A DNA stretch of 64,000 nucleotides from Candidatus Latescibacterota bacterium (GCA_965237675.1 OZ250150.1:5280001-5344000); one strand, 5' to 3'. Numbered from the stretch's first letter, positions 50,598 through 61,169 are shown. The notes: generated by a model not told the origin, from the letters alone. Translations and numbers: made by a program.

Positions 50598-51779
50598 ATG
50601 TCCAATCCGAACGTTCAACCGCTCGCCCAGGATTTCGTCATTGCGGCGCGCGTGCCCGATCCGGCGCGGTATTTCTTCCACGACCCCGATCTCGCCCGCC
50701 TGGACGACGGCACGCTGCTGCTCGCCGCGCCTCAGTGGAACCGTCCGGGGTGGGATTTTTCCCGCCGGCTGAGACTCCTCCGCAGCGAGGACGGAGGCGC
50801 CACATGGGAGGAGCTTCCCGGCTTGCCCTACGAAGAGGCCACCCCGTTCGTGCTGGACGGGCAACTCCTCATGTTTGTCCAGGAAAAATGCCACAAAGAC
50901 TTCCTGGTCGTGACCAGCGATGACAGAGGGAAGACCTGGTCCGATCCCCGGACGGTCATCGAGGGACCCATCTGGAACATCTCCACGTCTCGCGTTCTCC
51001 GTCCGGAGGCCCTATACTGGGCAATGGACTACGACCTGCCAAACCAGGGACACGGCGGCAAAACGATGCTCCGTCTAGACAGGAGCATGTCGCCCCTCGA
51101 CCCGGGAGCATGGAGCCTTTCCAACATCGTGACCCAGCCGGAAATCCCCGCCGCAATGACCCGCAATCTCTTCCCCGACGGCAAACGCCCGCAGCTTTCC
51201 GGCGGGTGGCGAGATCCCCTCGTCTGGCTGGAACCCAACACCGTCGAGGTCAAAGGCCGTATCCGTGCGTTCTGCCGCTGCGTTTTCGACGAATACGCCG
51301 CCGCCCACATTGCCGCCGTCTTCGACTACGATCCGGAGGCGCACCGCTTGAGCTTCACGCAATTTGCGGCCTGGCCCGGCGCACAGTGCAAGTTCTACGT
51401 CATTCACGATCGATCAGAATCCATGTACTGGATGCTGAGCAACCTCATCACCAACTCCCAGGACATTCTGGGCTGGGGCGAGCGGATGCGCGAATCCGGC
51501 TATCATGGAGGGCCCGGCAACGAACGGCGATGGTTATACCTGCACTACGGCATCGACTGCCTCAACTGGTTCCCGGCCGGTTGCGTGGCCCGCTGGCCGG
51601 ACAACGTCTACCGCAGCTTCATGTATCCCAGCGCCGTCGTGGACGGGGACGACTTCGTTGTGCTCTCGCGCACAAGCCGGGATTCGGGCGACCAGCACGA
51701 CGCCGACCTCTGCACCATCCACCGCATTCGAGACTACCGCAGCCTGGCCATGGACCTCCACGCGGGCGGTCTTCACTGA
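50598..51779 (+). CDS. Sialidase/BNR beta-propeller family protein
   Basis: Asp-boxes RSEDGGATWE and TSDDRGKTWS; WLEPN, NERR.L, FMYPS. Confidence 0.75.
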   Translation: MSNPNVQPLAQDFVIAARVPDPARYFFHDPDLARLDDGTLLLAAPQWNRPGWDFSRRLRLLRSEDGGATWEELPGLPYEEATPFVLDGQLLMFVQEKCHKDFLVVTSDDRGKTWSDPRTVIEGPIWNISTSRVLRPEALYWAMDYDLPNQGHGGKTMLRLDRSMSPLDPGAWSLSNIVTQPEIPAAMTRNLFPDGKRPQLSGGWRDPLVWLEPNTVEVKGRIRAFCRCVFDEYAAAHIAAVFDYDPEAHRLSFTQFAAWPGAQCKFYVIHDRSESMYWMLSNLITNSQDILGWGERMRESGYHGGPGNERRWLYLHYGIDCLNWFPAGCVARWPDNVYRSFMYPSAVVDGDDFVVLSRTSRDSGDQHDADLCTIHRIRDYRSLAMDLHAGGLH

Positions 51780-51785
51780 GCCCGG

Positions 51786-52514
51786 TCACGTCTTCGCCAG
51801 GATATTCAGATACGCCTTCACCGTGTTCGCCAACCCCATCTCCAACGCTTCACCGATCAGCGCATGGCCGATCGATACCTCCAGGATGCCAGGGATTGAA
51901 CAGAATCGGCCCAGGTTTGCCAGGTTCAGATCGTGCCCCGCGTTGACGCCAAGGCCCGCTTCCTGAGCGAATCGGGCCGCGTTTGCGTAATCCTCAAAGA
52001 CGGCCTCCAGATCCTTATCCTCTCGAAACGCATCCGCATAGGGCTCCGTGTACAGTTCGATTCGGTCCGCCCCCACCTGCGCGGCTCTCGGTATCTCGTC
52101 CGAGTCGTAATCCATAAACAGGCTTACGCGGCTGCCCAGCGCCTTCAACTCCTGAATGACGGGCTGCAGGCGGTCCCCCTCTCCGGAGAGATTCCAGCCG
52201 TGATCCGACGTAAACGCGTCCGGCGAATCCGGCACCAGCGTGCACTGCGTGGGCCTTATCTTCCGTACAATGTCCAGGTACCCTTCCTCGAAGGGGTTCC
52301 CCTCGATGTTGAACTCCACGTCCGTAACGAGCGCGTTCAAATCGTACACGTCCAAGGGCCGGACGTGCCGCTGGTCGGGCCGGGGATGAACGGTAATACC
52401 GTACGCTCCGGCTTCGATGCAGATCTGAGCGGCCCGGGTCACGCTCGGGATGCCGATCGTCCGGGTATTCCGGAGCAGCGCCACCTTGTTAACGTTCACG
52501 CTAAGTCGGGTCAT
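51786..52514 (-). CDS. pdxJ: Pyridoxine 5'-phosphate synthase
   Basis: LSVNVNKVALLRN, GITVHPRPDQRH, NIEG, TLVPD, IELYT, NAGHDL, EVSIGHA. Confidence 0.96.
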   Translation of the reverse strand: MTRLSVNVNKVALLRNTRTIGIPSVTRAAQICIEAGAYGITVHPRPDQRHVRPLDVYDLNALVTDVEFNIEGNPFEEGYLDIVRKIRPTQCTLVPDSPDAFTSDHGWNLSGEGDRLQPVIQELKALGSRVSLFMDYDSDEIPRAAQVGADRIELYTEPYADAFREDKDLEAVFEDYANAARFAQEAGLGVNAGHDLNLANLGRFCSIPGILEVSIGHALIGEALEMGLANTVKAYLNILAKT

Positions 52515-52793
52515 CTCCGTCGCCTTTCGTGGAATCCGATTTCAGGTTGTGTCCGCCAGATGCGGGTATCGTGATTCAGTTGAAATATAGCCCCTCTGAA
52601 TTCAGTTTACAAGACACAATAACCCGCTTCCGCCGGTAGTACACGAGGCAGGGCCATCAGATAAGCTGTCCGAAGGAAACGAGCGCATCCCTCAGGCAAA
52701 ACCCTTGCAAAATGGCAAGTCGCTCCGTTATATTGAGACCCGCGCTCGCGTGGAAGGCGAACCAAGGGCGACCTTTCCCATCTGACTATCCCT

Positions 52794-53417
52794 GTGACGG
52801 CTATGTCGAGTCCGCAGCTTGTCGTTATTGGAGGACCCAATGGCGCCGGCAAGAGCACGGCCGCGCCACAGCTATTGCGAGATACGCTGGATGTAGCGGA
52901 ATTTGTCAACGCTGACGCCATTGCATCGGGACTTTCGGGCTTCCACCCGGAGTCGGCCGCACTTCAGGCAGGCCGTGTCATGTTGAAACGGGTCCGCCGT
53001 CTGGCTTCGAACCGAGCTGATTTTGCGTTTGAGTCGACGCTAGCGAGCCGCGGTTTTGCTCCATGGATTGACCGCCTCAAACAGAGCGGATATGTCTTCC
53101 GATTGGCATTTTTGTGGTTGCCTGATCCGGACGTGGCTATCGCGCGAGTCGCGGCGCGGGTACGAGCAGGAGGTCACGACATTCCTGACTCAACGATTCG
53201 GCGGCGGTACTACTCCGGGCTTCGTAACTTTTTCAGACTGTACCGTCCGATTGCGAATGATTGGCGGTTTTACGATAACACGGCAACCTCGGGGCCCCGT
53301 TTGATCTCAATGGGAGAAAGCACTGCTGATATCGAAGTCCGGGACGTCAATCTGTGGACACACATTAAGGAAGGTGTACAAGACTGTGAGAAGGTCATCC
53401 AAAAAAGACATCGGTAA
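52794..53417 (+). CDS. Zeta-toxin-like P-loop kinase/ATPase
   Basis: GGPNGAGKST, FVNAD.IA, FESTL, RV..RV..GGH.IP. Confidence 0.88.
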   Translation: MTAMSSPQLVVIGGPNGAGKSTAAPQLLRDTLDVAEFVNADAIASGLSGFHPESAALQAGRVMLKRVRRLASNRADFAFESTLASRGFAPWIDRLKQSGYVFRLAFLWLPDPDVAIARVAARVRAGGHDIPDSTIRRRYYSGLRNFFRLYRPIANDWRFYDNTATSGPRLISMGESTADIEVRDVNLWTHIKEGVQDCEKVIQKRHR

Positions 53418-53583
53418 AATCTTCAAGGAAGGCACATTGATCGATGAGGCCTTGAAAGAAGCCGTTCGAAAAGCGATGTTGCAGCACAAACGCAACGGAA
53501 ATCCCGTGGCTACATGGCGAAACGAAAAGGTCGTGTGGATCCCTGCCGACCAAATTGAGGTCAACGAGGAACCCGGCGGATGA
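53386..53583 (+). CDS. Small putative antitoxin partner of the zeta-like ATPase
   Basis: AVRKA...HKR.GNP..TW...KVVWIP pattern; overlaps the ATPase stop. Confidence 0.7.
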   Translation: MRRSSKKDIGKIFKEGTLIDEALKEAVRKAMLQHKRNGNPVATWRNEKVVWIPADQIEVNEEPGG

Positions 53584-55031
53584 ACCCGGCCAATCTGCTG
53601 TTCATCCTCTCCGACCAGCACACGCGGGACATCACGGGTTGCTACGGGCACCCGGTCGTCCGGACGCCCAACATCGACAGCCTGGCCAGGCGCGGAACCC
53701 GCTTCACCAGCGCCTACACGAACTGCCCCATCTGCGTGCCCGCCCGCGCCTCCCTCGCGACTGGACGATACGTCCACCAGACCGGAAACTGGGACAACGC
53801 CTTTGCCTACGATGGTAGCGTACCCAGTTGGGGCCACCGCCTCAGGGAGCAGGGATTTCAGGTCGCTTCCATCGGTAAACTGCACTTCCGCTCCGTGGAG
53901 GACGATAACGGTTTTTCACAGGAAATCGATCCGCTTCACGTTGTGGACGGCGTCGGGGACATCCTGAGTTGCATTCGGGATCGCTCCCCGTTCCGCGACA
54001 AGCGCGCCGGTATTCTCAACGCCGGCCCCGGAGACTCTACCTATCTGCAGTACGACATTTCAAACGCCGACCGAGCCTGCACCTGGCTGTCCGAGCGTGA
54101 GGACGACGACAAGCCGTGGGTCCTGTTTCTCTCCTTTGTCTGTCCACATCCCCCCTACATCGCACCCCCAGATCTCTTCGAGATGTATCCGCCGGAGCAG
54201 CTTCCCCTACCCGCCCAGTGGCGTCACGAGGACTGGCCCGACCATCCGGCTATCCACCGCTTCCGCCCGTTCTTCAACTACGACCGGCCCTTTACCGAAC
54301 CCGAACTACGCAACCTGACCGCCGCCTACTACGGCACGTGCACGCACCTGGACCGCCAGATCGGCCGCGTCCTGAACGCACTCGCGGTTCACAACCTGGC
54401 CGACACCACCCGAGTCCTGTACACCTCCGACCACGGCGAATCGTTGGGCGCGCGCGGCCTCTTCGGCAAATTCACCATGTATGAGGAATCCGCCTCCGTC
54501 CCGCTCATCCTCGCCGGTCCGGACGTTCCATCGGGCCGCGTCGTGGGCACGCCCGTATCCCTTGTGGATTGCTTTCCGACGGTTCTGGAATGCGCAGGAG
54601 CCGCACCCGAACGCCACCCCCTCCCCGGTCGTTCCCTGTGGCAGATCGCTCAAAGCACTGACCGGGATCGAACCGTTTTCAGCGAATACCACGCCGTCGG
54701 ATCCCGAAACGCCATTTACATGCTCCGCGATCGAACCTGGAAATACATACACTATATAGACGAGCCGAAGCAGCTCTTCAACCTCGAAGACGACCCGAAA
54801 GAAACAACGGATCTCTCGTCTTCCCCGGACCATCAGACCACCCTGAAATCCCTCGAACGGCGGCTCCGCGAACTTCTGGATCCCGATGGCACGGACGCCC
54901 GCGCGAAATCTGATCAGCGGGCCAGGATCCGGTCCTTCGGCGGCGAAAAAGCCGTTCGCAGCCGGGGGGCCTTCGACAACTCCCCGGTTCCGGGCGAGGC
55001 GCCGGCCTTCCGGGTCCACAAATCGACGTGA
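53580..55031 (+). CDS. Sulfatase (choline-sulfatase-like)
   Basis: SDQH, CVPAR (CxPxR), GKLH, PHPP, SDHG. Confidence 0.92.
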   Translation: MNPANLLFILSDQHTRDITGCYGHPVVRTPNIDSLARRGTRFTSAYTNCPICVPARASLATGRYVHQTGNWDNAFAYDGSVPSWGHRLREQGFQVASIGKLHFRSVEDDNGFSQEIDPLHVVDGVGDILSCIRDRSPFRDKRAGILNAGPGDSTYLQYDISNADRACTWLSEREDDDKPWVLFLSFVCPHPPYIAPPDLFEMYPPEQLPLPAQWRHEDWPDHPAIHRFRPFFNYDRPFTEPELRNLTAAYYGTCTHLDRQIGRVLNALAVHNLADTTRVLYTSDHGESLGARGLFGKFTMYEESASVPLILAGPDVPSGRVVGTPVSLVDCFPTVLECAGAAPERHPLPGRSLWQIAQSTDRDRTVFSEYHAVGSRNAIYMLRDRTWKYIHYIDEPKQLFNLEDDPKETTDLSSSPDHQTTLKSLERRLRELLDPDGTDARAKSDQRARIRSFGGEKAVRSRGAFDNSPVPGEAPAFRVHKST

Positions 55032-55074
55032 ACAAAATGAGATCGGTTTTCTTTCTTCAACTCTGAACTCTTAA

Positions 55075-55842
55075 ATGGGAGCCGCACCGGTGACCGACGA
55101 GGAAAAATTCAGCTTCGACCTTGAAGGCTACCTGATCGTCAGGAACGTCCTCACCGCAGGCGATGTGCATCGGCTGAACGCGGTGGCGGATCGGATCGCT
55201 TCCGAACGCGTCGACTCCGGCACAAGCACGATCGGACGTGTCTCTCAGTGGGGACCTGAATTTCAAGCCCTGATGGACCACGAGAAGATCGTGCCGTACC
55301 TGGTCGAATTGCTGGGCCCCAAATTCCGCATCGACCATGACTACTGTATATTTATGAAAAAAGGGGCGGCGCGCGGCGGACTCCACGGCGGCGAGACCGA
55401 CACCGAGGCGGACCACTGGTACAAATATCGAGACGGCGTGATGCGCAACGGCCTCACCGTGGTCACCTACTTTCTCTCGCCCGCAGGACACGGAGACGGC
55501 GGTTTCACGTGCATTCCCGGAAGCCATAAGTCCAAATTCGTCGACCGGCTTCCCCGGGACGTGCGGCGCTTCGAACGCGATGCCCATTATGTGATCCAGC
55601 CCGAAGCGGACGCGGGCGACGCACTCATCTTCACGGAGGCCCTCATCCACGGGACAAAGCCCTGGACGGCTGATTGCGATCGCCGCGCCCTGCTTTACAA
55701 ATACAGCCCCGGGCACTCAGCCTGGTCCCAGGGATATTACGACCCCGAGGAATACGCGCACCTCACGGACCAACAGCGGCGTCTCATGGCGCCTCCCTCC
55801 GTCGGAAGACGCCCGGATACCGTTGATACCCGTTGCACGTAA
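55075..55842 (+). CDS. Phytanoyl-CoA dioxygenase (PhyH) family Fe/2OG enzyme
   Basis: FDLEGYL, LHGG, GGF.CIPGSHKS, AGDALIFTEALIHGT. Confidence 0.88.
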   Translation: MGAAPVTDEEKFSFDLEGYLIVRNVLTAGDVHRLNAVADRIASERVDSGTSTIGRVSQWGPEFQALMDHEKIVPYLVELLGPKFRIDHDYCIFMKKGAARGGLHGGETDTEADHWYKYRDGVMRNGLTVVTYFLSPAGHGDGGFTCIPGSHKSKFVDRLPRDVRRFERDAHYVIQPEADAGDALIFTEALIHGTKPWTADCDRRALLYKYSPGHSAWSQGYYDPEEYAHLTDQQRRLMAPPSVGRRPDTVDTRCT

Positions 55843-55889
55843 CACGTCTCCGGACCGGTTTCATCAATCCATCATCAGGAGATTCTGCA

Positions 55890-57350
55890 ATGCCCGCACT
55901 CGAACCCTGTCCACTATTCATCAACGGGGAATGGGTCATCTCCACCGGGACTGATACCGAACCGGTCTACAACCCCTCGGAAGGCACGCAAATCTCCGCC
56001 ACACCCCTGTGCAGCGCCGATGAAGTTGACAGCGCCGTCAGGGCAGCAAGCGGGGCCTTTGCAGCCTGGGCCGAAACCCCGGCCGTCGAACGCGCCCGGC
56101 TCATGTTCCGTTTCAAGGAGCTTCTGGAGAAACACTTCGAGGATCTTTCCCGAATCGTCACCCGTGAACACGGAAAAACCCTGGACGAATCCAGGGGCTC
56201 CGTCCGGCGCGGCATCGAAGTCGTGGAGTTCGCCTGCGGCGCGCCATCCCTCCTGATGGGACAAGCCCTGGAGAACATCGCGGCCGATATCGACTGCGAC
56301 ACGATCCGGCAACCCCTGGGCGTGTGCGCGGCCATCACCCCGTTCAACTTTCCCGTCATGGTACCGCTCTGGACCCTGCCGGTCGCCCTCGTCTGCGGGA
56401 ATACCTTTGTTCTCAAGCCGTCCGAGAAGGTACCCCTGAGCGCCATTCGTCTGGTGGAACTCCTGGCCGAAGCCGGCCTGCCTCCCGGCGTTCTGAATCT
56501 CGTTCACGGCGGACGTGAAGCCGTGGATGCCCTGCTCGGCCATCCGGATGTACGCACGGTGTCTTTCGTCGGCTCCACTCCCGTGGCCAGATACATCTAC
56601 GAAACCGCCACGCGCAACGGGAAACGCGTACAATCCGCAGGGGGCGCCAAGAACTATATGATCGTCCTGCCAGACGCCGAACCGGACGCCACCATAAACG
56701 CCATTATGGGCTCTGCGTACGGCTGCGCCGGAGAGCGGTGCATGGCGGGCAGCGTTCTTGTGTGCGCCCACGACGCCGCCGAACGCTTTCTGCCCCTCCT
56801 CAGCGACGCCGCGCGCGGCCTCCGCGTCGGACCCACCGACCGGGATGCCGATGCAGAGATGGGCCCGCTCGTTTCCCCCCAGCACCTGGAAAACGTGCGC
56901 ACTTCCATCCGGACCGGCCTCGCCGAAGGCGCCGATCTGATCGTCGACGGGCGCGACGTGGTCGTGGATGCCTGCCCGAACGGTTTTTACCTGGGCCCGA
57001 CCGTCTTCGATCGTGTGCAGCCCCGGATGCAGATCGCCCGGGACGAAATTTTCGGCCCCGTACTGTCGGTGATGCGCACGGATGATCTGGATGCCGCCAT
57101 TGAGGCCTGTAACAACAGCGGTTACGGCAACGCCGCCGTACTCTTTACCGAAAGCGGAGGCGCCGCGCGCAGATTCCGCCACCGCATCAACGCCGGCATG
57201 GTGGGCATCAACACCGGCGTTCCGGCGCCCATGGCCTTCTTCCCGTTCTCAGGCTGGAACAACTCCTTCTTCGGCGACCTGCATGTCCAGGGCCACGAAG
57301 GCGTCTCCTTCTTCACCCGTCAGAAAGTCACCATCAGCCGCTGGGGATGA
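55890..57350 (+). CDS. mmsA: CoA-acylating methylmalonate-semialdehyde dehydrogenase
   Basis: ITPFNFP, LKPSE, SFVGST, GGAKN, GCAGERCMA, EIFGP, FSGW..SFFGDLH. Confidence 0.9.
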   Translation: MPALEPCPLFINGEWVISTGTDTEPVYNPSEGTQISATPLCSADEVDSAVRAASGAFAAWAETPAVERARLMFRFKELLEKHFEDLSRIVTREHGKTLDESRGSVRRGIEVVEFACGAPSLLMGQALENIAADIDCDTIRQPLGVCAAITPFNFPVMVPLWTLPVALVCGNTFVLKPSEKVPLSAIRLVELLAEAGLPPGVLNLVHGGREAVDALLGHPDVRTVSFVGSTPVARYIYETATRNGKRVQSAGGAKNYMIVLPDAEPDATINAIMGSAYGCAGERCMAGSVLVCAHDAAERFLPLLSDAARGLRVGPTDRDADAEMGPLVSPQHLENVRTSIRTGLAEGADLIVDGRDVVVDACPNGFYLGPTVFDRVQPRMQIARDEIFGPVLSVMRTDDLDAAIEACNNSGYGNAAVLFTESGGAARRFRHRINAGMVGINTGVPAPMAFFPFSGWNNSFFGDLHVQGHEGVSFFTRQKVTISRWG

Positions 57351-57353
57351 GCC

Positions 57354-58424
57354 GTGAACAGACGCCTCCAAAAAATCTTCCACGACGTCCTTGCTCTGCC
57401 CACGGCGCCCTTTAGTGAAGACGCCGTCGCCGCATTCATCCGAGCCTTTGCCCGGCGGCGGCGGATCCCGGTGAAAACAGACCGGTACGGCAACCTCGTC
57501 CTTCGGTACACAAGCGGCGATCAGGCGGAACCGGTAGCGCTCACAGCCCACATGGACCACCCCGGCTGCGAAATCCTCAACGCCGACGGGCGGAATCTCA
57601 CCGCGCGCTGGCTGGGGGCATGTGACGAGCGCCATTTTCCCGGTGGGCGCCTCACGCTCGTCTCGGGTAGGGACGAGATTCCCGGCAGGGCGTCGTCGAC
57701 GCTGAGCGACGACAAGACCTTTACCGCCCGCGCCGCGCGTCCGCTGCCGAAGCCGGAAGGCGCGTTCGGCTATTGGAGCCTCAGACCGGTCGTGTTCGAC
57801 GGCGACCTCATCCGGACCAAGGGCGCGGACAACCTGGCAAGCTGCGCCGCCATCCTAGCCGTGATGGACCAGCTTCGTCGCACAAAGGCCACTGCCGATC
57901 TTTGGGGCGTCTTCACACGCGCCGAGGAAGTCGGCCTGCTCGGCGCAGGCGGAATCGTACGCGCCCGAACGGTCCCCAGGAGAATTCCCATCATCGTACT
58001 GGAGACCAGCAAAGCCCTCCCGGGCGCCGAGATCGGCGGCGGACCCGTCATCCGCGTGGGTGACGCCATGAGTGTATTCGATCCGCGGGTCGAATACGCC
58101 ATTCACAGCACCGCGCGCGACCTGGGGAGGAAAAAACGTAATTTCAACTATCAGCGCCAACTGATGAGCGGCGGCGTCTGCGAAGCCACCCTGTACGTCC
58201 TCTACGGCATGACGGTGGGCGCCCTGGCCTTCCCCCTGGGCAACTACCACAACATGGGCAAACGCTGGCCGGCGGAAGAGATCATTTCCGCATCCGATGC
58301 CGCCCACATGGTCGACCTATGCGTCGCACTGGCCCTGAATCCGCCTGTGGGAGAAACCCGGCGCCCAATGAAAAAACGCTTCGCGGCCGCCTTCAAGTCC
58401 AGGGAAAAACGCCTGCTGGCGTAG
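57354..58424 (+). CDS. M42/M20/M28 family metallopeptidase
   Basis: DRYGN, AHMDHPG, ADN, RAEEVG..GA, LETS, GG.CE, NYHN. Confidence 0.8.
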   Translation: MNRRLQKIFHDVLALPTAPFSEDAVAAFIRAFARRRRIPVKTDRYGNLVLRYTSGDQAEPVALTAHMDHPGCEILNADGRNLTARWLGACDERHFPGGRLTLVSGRDEIPGRASSTLSDDKTFTARAARPLPKPEGAFGYWSLRPVVFDGDLIRTKGADNLASCAAILAVMDQLRRTKATADLWGVFTRAEEVGLLGAGGIVRARTVPRRIPIIVLETSKALPGAEIGGGPVIRVGDAMSVFDPRVEYAIHSTARDLGRKKRNFNYQRQLMSGGVCEATLYVLYGMTVGALAFPLGNYHNMGKRWPAEEIISASDAAHMVDLCVALALNPPVGETRRPMKKRFAAAFKSREKRLLA

Positions 58425-58672
58425 GAGATCGGTTTTGTCCGCGGACGACAAGACACACACTCACTTCCTCTTGTCCGGCCCGCGTCGCGAACTCATGGCG
58501 ACCCACCGCGCTCGGACGTGCCCCGAAAAACCACTACACATGCCTTCCATCCGTCGTCCTCGTTGTCAAAATACATGGCCAGGTGCGCTGCCCGCCACAC
58601 GCATGGGGTACCCCCGATGGTGCAACGCTGTAGAGCCCCTGCCGCCGGGCTCGGGTCCGGTATTTTGAGCCT

Positions 58673-59938
58673 ATGGAATCCTACCTGGATACGCTGCGTC
58701 TGTTCAACCGCGATGTCCGGCTGTATCTCGCTGCGACGATTCTCTTCGGCTTCAGCCTTTTCGGCGGCATTACCTCCCTGCTGTTCAACCTGTATCTGCT
58801 TCGGCTTGGATACGGTCCCACGTTTATCGGGTGGGTAAATGCCACCGGCGCGCTGTCCTTTGCAATTTTCAGTCTGCCGGCCGGGCTCATGGGTGCCCGC
58901 TGGGATCCGCGTCGTGTGATGATTGCGGGTATCGGTGTCGCCATCATCGGCAATGGTATGCTCTCTCAGGCTGAACTCGTCGTCTCCGGGGCCAGGGACG
59001 TGTTTGTTCTGGCCACCAACGCGCTTGGCCTGCTGGGTGTGGCCCTCTACATCGTCAACGGCGCCCCGTATCTGATGGGCGTTGTCGGAGCGCGGGAACG
59101 CAACCACGTTTTCTCCATGCAGGGCGCCCTCTTCCCGCTGGCCGGCTTTTTCGGAAGCCTTGTCGGCGGCTTCCTGCCCGGCCGGATCGCCTGGTTGATG
59201 AACGTCGCCCCGGATCACCCCGCACCTTTCCGGTTCACCCTGCTCGCCGCCTCCGCCCTGCTCATTCCGGCCCTTTTCATCCTCATGGCCACGCGGAAAC
59301 CCCAGGTCAGGCAACGACAGGTACGCGTCGAGGATTCAGATGCGCCGTTCCCGCTGGGGGTCATCGCGCTGATCGCTTTGGCCTCGTTACTGCACGTTGC
59401 CGGAGAGGGCGCTGTCCGGACCTTCTTCAATGTCTACGTGGATGCCGGCCTGCACGTACCCATCTCCCTCATCGGCACACTGATGGCCGCCGGACAACTT
59501 CTGGCGGTGCCGGCCGCCCTGACGGTGCCGCTTTTCACGGGCCGCTTCGGCAATCACCGCACGGTCGTGTTGAGCGCCATATGTACGCCCCTCATGCTGA
59601 TACCGATGGCCTTTTTGCCGCACTGGATTCCGGCGGGGTTCTGCTTTATGAACATCGTGGCCCTCGCTGCCATCCGGCGCCCGGCCTTCGTCGTCTACAA
59701 CCAGGAGATCGTTTCTCCGCGTTGGAGGGCGACCATGTCCGGGGCCTCCTCGATGATGGCTGGCATCGGTTATTCGGTCATTGCCATGGGCGGCGGCTAC
59801 ATCATCTCCACCGTCGGATACCATGCCCTCTTCCTGACCAGCGCCGCATTTACCGCGCTCGGTACCCTGGTTTTCTGGGCTTACTTCCGCACCCCGCGAG
59901 GCGAATTCGCCATGCGGACACCTGAAAAACCGCTTTGA
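58673..59938 (+). CDS. MFS transporter
   Basis: About 12 hydrophobic segments, LFNLYLLRLG, PAG....RW..RR. Confidence 0.88.
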   Translation: MESYLDTLRLFNRDVRLYLAATILFGFSLFGGITSLLFNLYLLRLGYGPTFIGWVNATGALSFAIFSLPAGLMGARWDPRRVMIAGIGVAIIGNGMLSQAELVVSGARDVFVLATNALGLLGVALYIVNGAPYLMGVVGARERNHVFSMQGALFPLAGFFGSLVGGFLPGRIAWLMNVAPDHPAPFRFTLLAASALLIPALFILMATRKPQVRQRQVRVEDSDAPFPLGVIALIALASLLHVAGEGAVRTFFNVYVDAGLHVPISLIGTLMAAGQLLAVPAALTVPLFTGRFGNHRTVVLSAICTPLMLIPMAFLPHWIPAGFCFMNIVALAAIRRPAFVVYNQEIVSPRWRATMSGASSMMAGIGYSVIAMGGGYIISTVGYHALFLTSAAFTALGTLVFWAYFRTPRGEFAMRTPEKPL

Positions 59939-59950
59939 AGGAGACCCGCT

Positions 59951-60844
59951 ATGCAATATCGAACCCTCGGAGAAACCGGGCTGCGCGTTTCAGAGATCGG
60001 CTACGGCGCCGCGCAGATCGGCAACATCAACCTGCCAGAAAGCCAGGTCGAGCATGTTCTCAACCGTGTTCTGGACGCCGGCATTAATTTTATCGACACG
60101 GCCGCCATGTACGGACAGAGCGAGGCCCGAATCGGCAAGTTCATTTCCTATAGACGGGAGGAGTTTATCCTCGCCACGAAATGTGGCGACTACGAGCGCG
60201 TGTTGAACGGCAAACGGAAAATCGAGCGCGACTACAGCCGGGAGGGCATCCTGCGAACGATCGACCAGAGCCGCAAAAAGCTGGACATGGATGTCATTGA
60301 CATCGTACAGTTTCACGGACTGCCCGATTCGGACGACGATGAACAGGTGGCCTTTGAGGCGCTTCTGGATGCCAGAGAAAAAGGCTGGACACGTTTTATC
60401 GGCGTTTCGGCAGACGGTCCTTCCGCTGCCGCCGCCGCCCGCCGCTGGGACCTGGACACCCAGGAATTCACCTACAACATCCTCTACCAGGAATCCGCCG
60501 AAAACCTCATGCCGACGCTGAGATCGCAGGGCATGGGGACCATCATCAAGCGTCCCATTTCCAATGCCGTCTGGGAAAAGACCGCGCGACCCGACGGCGA
60601 CTATATGGGCGGCCCGTGGGACCGGGCGCAATCCATCCCCCTTGCCGAACTGGCGGGCGAGATGCCCACTCTGGATTTCGTCCTGCGTTTCACGCTCTCG
60701 CATCCGGACGTCTGCACCGCCATCATCGGCTCCACCAATCCCGACCACATCCGCGCCAACGTCGGGATCTCCGACGGGCGCCTCCTATCCGACGATATCG
60801 TACAAAAAGCAAGGGCGGCGTTTCAATCGGGATTCGCCAGTTGA
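59951..60844 (+). CDS. Aldo/keto reductase
   Basis: LG.TGL.VSEIGYG, GINFIDTA..YG.SE, LATK, IGVS, YNIL. Confidence 0.92.
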   Translation: MQYRTLGETGLRVSEIGYGAAQIGNINLPESQVEHVLNRVLDAGINFIDTAAMYGQSEARIGKFISYRREEFILATKCGDYERVLNGKRKIERDYSREGILRTIDQSRKKLDMDVIDIVQFHGLPDSDDDEQVAFEALLDAREKGWTRFIGVSADGPSAAAAARRWDLDTQEFTYNILYQESAENLMPTLRSQGMGTIIKRPISNAVWEKTARPDGDYMGGPWDRAQSIPLAELAGEMPTLDFVLRFTLSHPDVCTAIIGSTNPDHIRANVGISDGRLLSDDIVQKARAAFQSGFAS

Positions 60845-60863
60845 ATCCGTTAGATATTGAATT

Positions 60864-60889
60864 TGTAGGGGCAACCCTTGTGGTTGCCC
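60864..60889 (+). repeat. GTAG-family REP palindrome
   Basis: GTAGGGGCAACCCTTGTGGTTGCCC. Confidence 0.75.
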
Positions 60890-61127
60890 ACATTGTGGCG
60901 CTGACATCGGCAATTGATATCGCCAGGCCATATCTTTATCCGGTTTGGGCTGACAACAGATTGCTGCCATTCCCCTTTGCTTCTTCGTGGCTCCGTGTGA
61001 GTTTCTTCCATTGTGGCCACCTGCTCCGGCCAGACAATTCGGGTTGTGCAAGGAGCCGACACCGCGTCGAGTGGCCAAAGCGTGTATACGCATCTCAACC
61101 GCAGCCGCCGACGCATCGCCGGTACAG

Positions 61128-61169
61128 ACAAGGGGTTACGGGCAATTGCTCGTAACCCCTTGTTTTTTT
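61128..61169. terminator. Long hairpin downstream of the tRNA fragment
   Basis: ACAAGGGGTTACG-ggcaattgct-CGTAACCCCTTGT followed by a T run. Confidence 0.75.

Noticed and set aside
6240-57182. Long antisense or alternate-frame ORFs (e.g. 6240..7484, 7533..8624, 15882..17129, 25534..26790, 29538..31037, 33153..34622, 55914..57182)
   Set aside because: They are shadows of well-supported genes in high-GC DNA and carry no recognisable motifs.
58493-58640. Protein-like minus-strand fragment (AAHLAMYFDNEDDGWKACVVVF)
   Set aside because: No start or recognisable family; cannot be supported without a search.
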